From: Perna viridis
Taxonomy: Eukaryota
DNA length: 64,000 bases
Assembly (NCBI GenBank): GCA_037379345.1
Contig: CM074512.1
Coordinates: 24,180,001-24,244,000, forward strand
Direction: 5' to 3'
The notes under the pieces are model-generated. The model had not been told where the DNA came from. It ran no database searches and saw only the letters and a program-made list of their open reading frames with translations. Positions within the stretch are counted from its first letter, which is position 1, and each line of letters opens with the position of its first letter. The position numbers and the translations under genes were made by a program. Shown piece after piece: positions 41,328 through 51,770 of the stretch.

Positions 41328-41370
41328 CATCACTAGCGCTTTCATGGCTGCTGCCAACCTTCAGGTGACA
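41328..41370 (-). ncRNA. Minimal type I hammerhead ribozyme in the Penelope-like 3' region (variant core)
   Basis: RNA UGUCAC-CUGAAGG-UUGGC AGCA GCCAU-GAAA-GCGC-UA-GUGAUG: stem I UGUCAC/GUGAUG, stem II UGGC/GCCA, palindromic GCGC as vestigial stem III. It is on the same strand as the PLE ORF. A9 is replaced by G. Confidence 0.8.
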
Positions 41371-42145
41371 TTACATAACGACAACGTAGTTAATGGTACC
41401 ATTGTGTATATAGTGACGTTATAATAGTATAAGGGGAGTTAAATATTAACGTCAAAAATCTTAAAATAAAAGAAAGAAATAAGAGGACATGAAAAATTTC
41501 GATTTAAATTTACGAATAAACATCATTTCTTTGGTTTCACGTAAATCTTTATCATTGTCTCTCAGTTTGTAAAATGGGAAAATTAAATCGTCCATCGCTG
41601 TATTTATCTAAATGATCACTGACGGAACAAAAGCTGTAATTTGGATCTCGGACCTGTTGTCGATGGACTCTCGTTCGATCAATGACCCTGTCGCCTGTTT
41701 GACCAATATATATTTCTTCACATTTGCTACATTTTATGCAATAAATTAAATTTGCACTTTTACAGTTCATGTCCTCGTTTGCGTAAATAGTGGTTCCATC
41801 CCTTGTAGTGATCGAGTATCCTTCGTGTATGTAGTCGCAAGTGGTGCAACGTTTGTCTTTGCATTTCGATACAGTGAAGCGTTTTTCGGCAGGGTCGAAA
41901 CGGGCACTTGTAAGTATTCGTTTAAGGTTTTTCGGTTGACGTTTGCTTTGTATTATTTTTTTCTCTGTTGATATGGACTTTCAGCGATTCGCTTTGTGCT
42001 ATAATCGGTAAGTTTGCTCTTGCTATTTCAAAAATATTCGCATTACATGGGTTGTGGGTTATTACAAAGGGTATTACGGAGTTGTCTGGTTCATTTCTAG
42101 CGTTGACTGTTAGAAGTTCGTTTCTTGGAATTCCCTTTGCGCGTT

Positions 42146-42642
42146 AGCCCCGTGCAGGTCCGGGTGTTACAAGAATAGGCCTGCAGCAGCGCTAAGCTTG
42201 TCGTAAAAGGTCGGGGCTAGGACGCTCTGCCCACAGAGCAACTGGGATGTGTGCCCCAGGTGGTGGAATGAGGTACCCCTGGTGTGTTACATGCTGGGGT
42301 TGTCAGGCTATAATGCGGAAAACCTGACCCCAAACCATAGTGGTTTACCGTGTTGGGAAATATGCCACATTCCTTGCACGTTAAAGAACCCTACTGTGGT
42401 ATTCTCCCGAAGTAGGAACCATAAGGCTCCGCCACATGAGGCTAAATTGCCCGACCATACCCACCTCTCCCCATTTCCAGTGGCAATCAAAATTTGTCGA
42501 TCCCATTGTCCTTGTGTCCCATCCCTTTTTCATTTCATCATCGTTTCATGTTCATTTTATCATCAATTTCATGTTCATCGTCTGAATATGGCTGAAATAT
42601 TGCTGCTCGGACGTTAAACCCCAACAAACAAACAAACAAACA
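42146..42642 (+). mobile_element. SINE-like retroposon copy 1 (structured non-tRNA head, Meta-like core, (AAAC)n tail), 14-bp TSD
   Basis: TSD tccctttgcgcgtt at 42132-42145 and 42643-42656. Removing the insert restores the PLE frame GIERAKG/IPRNELL. Contains cacgttaaagaaccc and the tail gctgaaatattgctgctcggacgttaaacc(caaa)n. Confidence 0.93.
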
Positions 42643-43298
42643 TCCCTTTGCGCGTTCGATTCCATGTTTAATTAATTGTTCGGGGTATTTCTGTTTAAGT
42701 AAGAATATTTCTAATTCCTTTAAGCGTTCATTTCTAATGTTTTCCTCGCTTATATGTCTTATGTATTGGGGAGTTTTCAAAAAGAAGCATTTCAATTTTT
42801 TTTTCTAACTTATTGAAAATTGCATTTCAATTCATTTTATCTAATTTTCCCTTATTTATAATGGTTTACAATGCCTTATACAAACTTGGATCTAACCTAA
42901 ATCAGTTTATTATAAATTAAATGTATCAATTGAAAACCTTCCCAATATATAATACTCTTAATTCTCATAGTTATTACGCTGAAAAGGTTACATATAAAAT
43001 CCCTTTTGTACCAAGGAATTAAAGGATTAACATTTTATACTTTCGTGTATTTTTTCTTTCAAATGCGTTTGATTGGAAACCCTTCTGTTAACATTTCGTA
43101 CAACAGGGACGTACTCAGCAGTTCTAAATATTTCTTATGGAAGATTCACTATGTTTTTATTATTTCAATATTGTCCCTCGGTTTATCATTATTGAGTGGT
43201 GTGTTCATTTTACAGGATTTAAAACAAATATCTCGTGGCATTAACCATGTTGTTTGTGGCATCGCTACACCAGGAATTGCACCGTGAATTCTACTTAG

Positions 43299-43523
43299 TT
43301 GATCAATCTGGAGTCGTATAGATATTACATGAACATTTTAGAGCAAATGGATGCTTCAAACATCGAAACTTCTGACGATGATGTGGATGTTAAAAGTATC
43401 AAGAGTAAAAAGTCAGAGAAAAAGAGAGAAAAAAGGAAAGAAGACAAGAAAAAAGAGAAAAGTGAAAAGAAACGAGAGAAAACAAATATTGGAGATCGAC
43501 CTTTCGTTACAATAGGGGGTTAG
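43299..43523 (+). other. Short ORF/exon-like segment with acidic then Lys/Glu-rich tract
   Basis: MNILEQMDASNIETSDDDVDVKSIKSKKSEKKREKRKEDKKKEKSEKKREKTNIGDRPFVTIGG*. AG acceptors at 43216 and 43298. No partner exons found. Confidence 0.3.
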
Positions 43524-44430
43524 TACAAAATTCTTTTAGATTATATTTATGTCTTGGAAATCTAAGTTGTCTTTCCTACATTAGATGCAATAAATCACTG
43601 CATGAGAAATATATACATGTACCTTACTTATCATATAGTTACATTTTTCTAATTAGGCACAAGTAATTTTTACTAACTCGTCGACGGATATTAGAAGGTT
43701 TATAGACATGTATCTTATTTCTTCTAGTGTTAAGAACCATATGAGACGGTAAGCTTGTAAAGATAAAATAAAAAAAAGAGTAACAACTTCCATGCATTTT
43801 TTTACTTTTTCTTTGATGTTTTTTTTTCTTTTTTTCTTTGATAAAAACTTACATTCAACAATATTAATATTATCAATGTTTTATGAAAATGTCCTATTTT
43901 CAGTTCCCTATTCGCCTGAAGCTTCTACGTTATTTTCTCCTTGTAACATTTGTATACATTCAGGGTGATTCTTTCCCAAATACCATATAAACTGGCCGTA
44001 GTATAACCTAGTGGCGAATCCAGGAGTGTCCGCTGGTTGGGCCCATCCTTTTGTTGAATTTTTTTTATTCGTGAAAAATTTGGGCATAAAATGAGCAAAC
44101 CATGCTCTGGAACACTATTTTTTTCTGAAACCTCATTTCGAAATATGTCATCTACACAGGGTTATCGGTAAAAGAATATACATATTTACGATTACATGTT
44201 TTTTAGGGTAACGTAAGTATTTTGGTATGTCCATTTGTCCATTAAGACCCCCAACACTGTTATTTACTCAGAATTAGGACTTACACCATTGTGTTAGCTC
44301 ATGACCGCCCAGTAAAGATTGTAACATTTTTTAACTGCTTTTCAAATCAATTCAAATTTCCTATAAAGGTTACAAAATAATAATCAAGGGAACCAAGATG
44401 CGAACAGTAATCAGAAGAATATGAAATCTA

Positions 44431-44647
44431 AGACCCTGTTTTGTTGACATTTTGAACCGTGATAGAGAGTAGGCGGAGCTCGTTACCTTTGGAACGGAAC
44501 GGAGCAGAAACGATTTTTAAAACCGGAATCTAACAGAATATTTCAAAATTCCGCTGAAAAATTACGTGTCCGCTACCCTTCCGTTCCAAAAGTAACAAGC
44601 TCCGCCTACTCTCTATTACGGTTTAAAATGTCAACAAAAAAGGGTCT
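44431..44647. mobile_element. MITE-like inverted repeat (~69-bp arms)
   Basis: agaccctgttttgttgacattttgaaccgtgatagagagtaggcggagctcgttacctttggaacggaa vs ttccgttccaaaagtaacaagctccgcctactctctattacggtttaaaatgtcaacaaaaaagggtct. No clear TSD. Confidence 0.75.
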
Positions 44648-46089
44648 CTCGTGGAAAATTATCGAAACTTCAATAATAAATGTAATTTTTTGTAGTAAAT
44701 TTTGTATCAGCATACAGGAAAATGATTCCGGAATCGAATTAGGTAGGTGTGACATGCACAATTTCAACTTGAAAGTCGTTACAAGCGGTTGAAGGGCGAT
44801 ACTCCGCGGTACCGCTAAATCTCCAACTTTTTGTATGGCACATCGTTCTAACCCCAACCCGACATATCAATATCCAAATAAAAGAGAAGAGGGTTGCAGG
44901 GTCAGAGGCAATTCGGACTAGTTGCCCGAGTGGTCTAGAACGTTTGCGTAAAGATAAACAAAATAGAACGTTTGGACTTAGTGCAGGGGGTGTTGCCATA
45001 GACGCCAGAAAAGAAAAGGGGCTCGAGTACCACTGAGGGAGCGACCAAATTTGCATTTTATAAATATAACAGAAAAAATAAGTTTGAAGTCGGGTCCGAA
45101 TTTTAATCCAGGGTCAGAATTAGAGACGCGGATCCAGACACTTTGATTTTGAAAAAGCCGAAGTTCCTCAGAACAAGGATTTACGGATATTTAACCCCTT
45201 GCCCAGAAAAAGGGGATGCTAGGACATTATTTGCCAGTTTTTGGTCAATTTTACACATTAAAATGACATTTTTTTCCCCCAAAAAGCCCCCCTCGATGCA
45301 CCCCTCCCACGCCGGCACGGGATCCGATACTGAGAATATTTAATTTCAAGCAACTGTCAGAAGCTTTTTTTCCTGTACGATAAGGCCAGATCTCTTTTTC
45401 CAGCAAGTCAATATTTAATTCAATCATATCTTTACCCATTTGGGGACAAGCGACAAATTTTATTTAGAGTCGATTATGAGGTCATTTGTACTTCGCGGGC
45501 TGCAAATATTTTTGTTGGCATAGTGATCGTTTATCAGAAGTTGTAAATCGCCGGTATTACTGGTCCATTATGAAATAGGTCTATTTACAAGAGGTTGTGA
45601 TCCTTTTCCTATTTGAAAAACAAAAATCCGTTATTTTCAAAATCTTTTTAGTTTACATACTCCAAAGAAAAAGGTTCGACGGTTTTGTTTACGTTCTGTT
45701 TAACTTTCTGATCTTGTTTTCAAGGGGTACACGAAAGGTACTACTTTCACAAAGGTGGTTTTTTTAAGACGTCCGCAATATAAAACTGGAGATTTCTATG
45801 ACGTCCGCACAATCATAATATGGATTATTTCAACTTTGAGAATTTTCAGCTCAACCCCGAACAGCCTTAATTGTACGTCTTTCATGTCAAATTAACTTAC
45901 AAATCTTCAAACCCTTTGTAGACCCCAACAACTTTGGCTCATGAATACCAGCAATGGCGATTGTCAGGTGAAACACGTTTGTTACTGTCAACGGAATAAA
46001 TATGTGTAAAAGGGAAATCTCTTTATTGTGATGTATCCGGGATTGAAGTATCATATTTGCCAAAAGGCTTGTTTGTTTCTAAATTGTGG

Positions 46090-46129
46090 ATGACTTTCCG
46101 TACTCTTCGAATGAACCTTTTACTTCAAA
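46090..46129 (+). CDS. MOK: Probable MOK exon 1 (MTFRTLRMNLLLQ-K; second in-frame ATG at 46111)
   Basis: Ends CAA A|gtgagt (strong phase-1 donor), matching exon 2, which begins AG TAT. It lies at the CpG-rich to CpG-poor transition. Confidence 0.65.
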
Positions 46130-46470
46130 GTGAGTTTAGATAAAGTTCATATAATAACAACAAAAACATATTTCATCGTCTGTTTTAACCATACGACCCA
46201 ATTCACATATGGCTCTTGGACCCGGCTTCTTTAGTAGACAATTGACCATGATTCTTTATAATTTTAGCAAAATTGCTCTTAATATTCGTGCAGGATGTAA
46301 GTTAGACACCCTCTAATTTTTGTACAAGGATATCGTTAGGTACTTGTACATATATGAGTACATATTGAATTTACCGTACATCCAAAGAATTTCAAACCTA
46401 GGAAGTGTAGCGAGGTGATGCTACATAGATGCCTTTGCTAACTTACACTGGTGTTAATTCAACACCACAC

Positions 46471-46988
46471 CCCATGCAGGTCCGGGTGTTAAAAGAATAG
46501 GCCTGCAGCAGCGCTAAGCTTGTCGTAAAAGGCGACTAAATAGTGCTTAGAAATCTAGCCGGGGGCTAGGGCGCTCTGCCCACAGAGCAGCTGGGATGTG
46601 TGCCTCAGGTGGTGGAATGGGGTACCCCTTGCGTGTTACATGCTGGGGTTGTCAGGCCATAATACGGAAATCCTGACCGCAAACCATAGTGGTGCACTGT
46701 GTTGGGAAAGATGCCACGTTCCTCACACGTTAAAGAACCCTACTGTGGTATTCTCCCGGAGTAGGAACCATAGGGCTCTGCCACAGGAGGCTAAATTGCC
46801 TGACCCTACCCACCTCTCCCTATTTCCAGTGGCAATCAAAATTTGTCGACCCCCCATTGTCCTTGTGTCCCATCCCTTTTTCATTTCATCATCATTTCAT
46901 GTTCATTTTCTCATCAATTTCATGTTCATCGTCTGAATATAGCTGAAATATTGCTGCTCGGACGTTAAACCCTAACAAACAAACAAAC
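46471..46988 (+). mobile_element. SINE-like retroposon copy 2 (complete head), in MOK intron 1
   Basis: Colinear with copy 1. Imperfect 14-bp TSD attcaacaccacac (46457-46470) / attccagaccacac (46989-47002). (AAAC)n tail. Confidence 0.93.
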
Positions 46989-48945
46989 ATTCCAGACCAC
47001 ACCCTTACACCATTGGCACAGATATTTTATGTTTGGCACACAAAAAGTGTGGCATGTGGGCCCTGTGGGCGCACAATTATCCCCAGGTTGATCTCTGAAT
47101 TTCCGAATTTTTTTTCGGTTTTAGGTCTGGACATGCTTCTTTTATTGAAGGCGTCAATAGCCTTGAACGAAAGTAAGACTTTTTCTGGTCAAAACAACTT
47201 AAGGAAAATGCAGGGGGTATGATTGTTTCCTTTGACCCTGCTGACAGCACTTAATAAATGACAGATGATCCAACTGACTGTAAACAAATGGGAAGGCCAG
47301 TGAACCTGGAGAATTTAAAGTAAAATGGAAAACTGAATGTCCGCGGGCCTGGTTTGGATATGATCAAATAATTTTTTTAAGCCTGACATTTTTGCTTTAC
47401 CTGTGTATTATGTTGTTTTGGGAACAGCTACAGCATGCCTATGGTGTTAAAGTTTCACTGAATGCCCATGGATAGCCTTGAGTTGACAGCTTTCATCAGG
47501 GTGGGGTTGTTGTCTCCTTGACATCTTCTCCATAACCATTCTACTAACATAGTTGTGAGTAAAAATTGTTGATGTTTGTGAGTAATTTACATGTACCTTC
47601 ATGTTGTTAGTTAGAAGAATTGGTGTAATTATGGATTTTTTAAGCCTGACAGTAGCAAAACATGGACCTTTCATTCCCTGACATGCATGAACCCGTCTCA
47701 TACACTTAACTCCTCCTATGCCATTGAATGCAGTTGAATGAAAATTTCACAGAATCTTTGTTAGATTCATGTACATTGTACTTGTTGTACTCGCATTGTG
47801 CTCATTTCATAGAAATCAATTCAATTAGTTGTTTTAACATAGCAAAGTATGGGTCTAAAAAGGGACCATAAGCAATCATTCATAAAATTTAACTATATAA
47901 CTGGTTTAAAAACATATGGATACTTATATTGTTCAACAATATTCTATACCTCAAAGGTCAGTCTGGAATTGACTTTGGAGGTTAAGACTTAAATTGTTTA
48001 GGAATGAGAGACCAAAAAGTGGACAGAAACAAGTATTTTCCTGTTGTCCAGGGAGTGACTTTACTATAAGTAATTGGATCCCTTTGAAATTGTACCACAA
48101 AGTGTTGCAAAAGGAAGGCAACAAGATTTGGTTATACATGTAGGGTTATAACTTGAACCAGTTGAGAATAAGGGGCCAAAAGAGACATCAAACAAACATT
48201 TTCCTGATGTCTGTTAGAGTAGATGTAAATGGATCTACTTTAAAATGTATTACAAGACAGTGTTCATTCCATAAAATTGCGAAAGGGGGCCGGTGCATTT
48301 GAGTCATTTGCAGAATAAAGGGAGCAAATGTAGCAGTATTATAAAGGGTAATTTTTACATAACAAAAAAGATTCAACCAACAAATAAGTTAACATCAGGT
48401 TTGTATACACACTTAATAGTTTCATTTTAAGTGAGAGGTAACAGTGATACATCAACTCCAAATGAATAAAAAGAAATACTAGTATATGCTGTTTTTTTTT
48501 AACTATGGCATTGTGTTGATTAAAATTGTATTTAACCCGGCCCAGGCCCACGGACAATGAACAGTTTCATCTTGACTAGAAATTCTCGACACTAGGTTAG
48601 GTTAGTCTGTTAGTTTTCAGTCAGTCAGCTGATTTGAAATTTACTGGGTCCTGTCAATAGGATCAGGGGAAATTATCATATCCTCTGCATACTGCCTGTG
48701 GTTTCATTGAATCGTTTTTGACCTGCAAAAAAGTTTTAACTTTTGCTTCTCATGTTTACTACAAAACGGTCAAGGCCATTGGCGCTTTTAAATGACGGAA
48801 AAGCGTCCGGACACAGAGCCAAAAAAAGTCTGAAGATTCAGAGATCGACCTAGGGAATATTGTGCACCCACTGGGCCCACATGCTGTTTTTGTTTGCCAT
48901 GCATAAAATATCTGCGCCAATGGCGCAAGGGCGCGGTCTGGAATC
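46989..48945. mobile_element. Non-autonomous DNA transposon with ~260-bp terminal inverted repeats, carrying nested repeats
   Basis: attccagaccacacccttacaccattggcacagatattttatg...(46989-47250) is inverted relative to ...cataaaatatctgcgccaatggcgcaagggcgcggtctggaat (48650-48945). Mirrored by ORFs 47013+ and 48759-. Confidence 0.85.
47400..47640 (+). repeat. Dispersed SINE-like repeat; other copies at 50147-50380 and inverted at ~540-605
   Basis: Shared gcccatggatagccttgagttgacag..ggggttgttgtct..ttgacat..ctccata.ccattct. Confidence 0.8.
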
Positions 48946-50549
48946 AAACTGCAAGGTTCAATACCACAAAAGGAAGACTAGGATTGATTTTGGGGACTGT
49001 GACTTGAGCAGAGTGAGAATTCAGGGCTTCGAAGAGGCAAGAATCTAGCATAATTTTTTCAGATTTCTGGATGATAACTGGAGTAAAAGGGAATGGATCT
49101 TATTGAATTTGTATCAAAAGGTGCTATGTCCCCAAAGGACAGTCGTTTATTTTTTGGGGGTTGTGGTACATGTAAGTGTCTAGAACCATTTGGAATTAAG
49201 GCCAGAAAGGAGCCATTTCGGCACTGGTCAAATTCTTATCCTGTTAGAGATGTCTAATCACAATCAAAATTCGAAGCTGTATCTAATTTGAAAGGTATGT
49301 TCCTACATGTACTATCTGTAACTGTTAAGGTTTTGATCTTTGAGGTCTTATCAGGCTGCACTCTGTGAAGAATTTTATAAAGAATTGCACATAGTTACAT
49401 TGATACAAGTGCCAACAACCAAACTAACTGTCCTTGTTAGACTGATACCTACCGTACGTACAACCAAACTAACCACCCTGCTAAGATTCATTCCTACCAT
49501 ATCATACAACATACAATGTAGTTTATTCATTGGATTTGATGTACATTGTAATAATGGCAAGATTGAACAATCATTCTCATATTCACTTGCTATATGTATG
49601 GTTTATAAATTTACAAAATAAACACTGTATTTCCCCCTGCTGATTTGTTCTTATTTTGAATTCTGAAAATCAAGATACACTTATTTTTAGAGAGTGGTTA
49701 TCTTGCTTGGAGACACATTATTCTTTACTTTTTGCCTTGTTTTGAAGTCACTCAAACTTTTGACTTTATTTTTAGCAAGAAGAAGTTTTCTTCTTATACA
49801 CAAACGTTTTTGTCATTTAATACAAGAATGTATACAGTGAAGGCATATATGATAACTTTTTGTAGGTTTAAACTGGTCTGGAGCTGGCATATCAGTTAAC
49901 TGCTAGTAGGCCCTTGTTTGTACTTTTGTGTAACGTATACATGTAATCAGTTTCTTAATTCATGTTTTAACAAGGGACTCAGACCCTTCTGAACTGATTT
50001 TTAAGTATGTTTAGTTTGGTAAAATTTTCCACAGTGGCCAGTTTTAAAAGGAGGAGTGTTGTGATCACACCAAAGTTCTTTACCCCCACCCCACAATGTA
50101 TGTTGTGTTGCTGGAGTATCTAGAGGCAACTTTTTTGCTTTATCTTTGTATTATGTTGTTTTGGGGCCAGGTACATCATGCCCATGGTGTGAGAGTTTCA
50201 CTGAAGGCCCATGGATAGCCTTGAGTTGACAGTTTTCATTAGATTGGGGTTGTTGTCTGTTTGACATATTCTCCATATCCATTCTACTTTTATATTTGTG
50301 TGTATATTTTGTTGATGTGTGTGAGTAATTTACATGTACCTTCATGTTGTTAGAAGAATTTTGTGTAAATGTGGATTTCCTGTATAATCTTTTAATATCT
50401 ATTCTGCAATTTTTTTTACAATAATTGTCCCAAAATGTACTATTTATTTGAAATTCCTATCCACTCAGTTTTTCAATGGTATGCACCTTTAGGAAATGAT
50501 TTTTCATGGCAATGCACTGCGAAATTATGAAAATGCTTAATAGTTCTCA

Positions 50550-51080
50550 ACTGGTGACTTTCACCAAAGGGGACTTCAGGTTTACACTCTGTCTGCCAGT
50601 TCATCCATCAGTCTGTCGCTTTGACAAATTACCTTTTTCATCATGCTTGAAGATATGCATTTAATATTTGGTACATTGCTTTACCATGACAAGTCATAGG
50701 TCAAGCAGCGGTTGGGAAAGACCTTTTTCAATGGACCATTTTCAGCATTTAAAACAAGAATTCACAATGTTATGGACAATTTATTAACATTCTAAGTAAA
50801 ATTCTTTAACTTGAATGGGCCATTTTCAGCTTCATTGGGCTAATTGCCTATGGCCCCTTCCTTTCCCTATCACTTACCAAGTTCAAATTTTGTTCTGGTC
50901 CATTGATTTTTTGTGAGTTATGGTCCTTGGGTTTTGAAAATTTATGCAGCCTCATTTTTCCTCACTTTTCTTGTTAACAAATAATTCAAGAAGTTTGCAT
51001 TCTGTTCTCTTCAAAAGGTTTTTCTTCCAATGGGAGACTTTGTATTGCATGCCATATTATACTCTCAGAATGCTTGTTTT
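50550..51080 (+). mobile_element. HINE-like element in MOK intron 1
   Basis: ggggacttcaggtttacactctgtctg start and gggagactttgtattgcatgc..atactctcagaatgcttgtt end. Confidence 0.5.
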
Positions 51081-51655
51081 AAAAATTGATAGATTAATGG
51101 AAGTATGTTCAGTTTTTCAAGTTTCATTATAAAGGTTTTGTCCTTATGGTGTGTATATTTGTTTTGGTTTAATGTTTGATTAATTACCCCTGCAGTTTAT
51201 ACAGATGTGAATTACATATATGTATATTGAGCTTCATCAACAGAAAAGAAAACGCACTTAAAAATAATAAAATAATTTTTTAATAACTTGGACCATGCTT
51301 CAGTGGGACACAAGTGGACAATGTGAGAATGAACTGAAACTCCCATTATACTTTTAAGGACATTGCATCAGTATTTTAACTGGATTACAGATTCTCTTTT
51401 TAGCTAATTTTGTTGAGATATGGATATTCATGGTTTTTAAAAGTGAATTTGTTAGACTTACTGACTAGTACATGTACAAAGAATGTACATGTACAATGTA
51501 CATGCATGGCCCAGATGTGGGTTGTTGATTCAACATAAGCATATCAGTCAATTTTAAATTAAATCCCAAAATGTGATCATCTTTAACTTAAAAGATTAAG
51601 ATATTTTTTTCTATTTTTTTTAAACAAAATTACATTAAAGCTGTTTCTTTTCCAG

Positions 51656-51770
51656 AGTATCGAATCCTTGGCAAAAAGGGTGAAGGTACATTTTCTGAAG
51701 TTTTAAAATGTCAGCATATAAAAGATGGCACTTACTGGGCCTGCAAGAAGATGAAACAGACTTATGAGAG
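51656..51770 (+). CDS. MOK: MOK exon 2 (kinase subdomains I-II)
   Basis: ttccag|...|gtaaat. YRILGKKGEGTFSEVLKCQHIKDGTYWACKKMKQTYE; GEGTFSEV and ACKxMK are MOK signatures. 115 nt. Confidence 0.95.

Larger units (their letters stand above)
41274..42765 (-). mobile_element. 5'-truncated Penelope-like retroelement, Neptune type (RT thumb/linker plus GIY-YIG endonuclease), frameshifted and split by a SINE
   Basis: The - strand reads QKYPEQLIKHGIERAKG|IPRNELL..IPFVITHNP..KRQPKNLKRILT..KCKDKRCTTC..MNCKSANLIYCIKCSKCEEIYIGQTG..R. LIY...YIG is the GIY-YIG motif, and the CxxxxCxxC linker is characteristic of Neptune. Confidence 0.92.

Noticed and set aside
42249-42617. 122-aa and 112-aa ORFs (also 46598-46936)
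   Set aside because: They lie within the SINE copies, start at GTG, and shift frame between copies. No domain is recognisable.
44991-45005. RFX X-box-like GTTGCCATAGACGC ~1.1 kb upstream of MOK (also gttactgtcaac at 45981)
   Set aside because: Plausible for a ciliary gene, but only one half-site matches well and conservation cannot be checked here.
46471-46550. HDV-like ribozyme assignment for the SINE head (it has a CUAA after a hairpin)
   Set aside because: No P3/L3/P1.1 can be placed and the helix order does not give the nested double pseudoknot.
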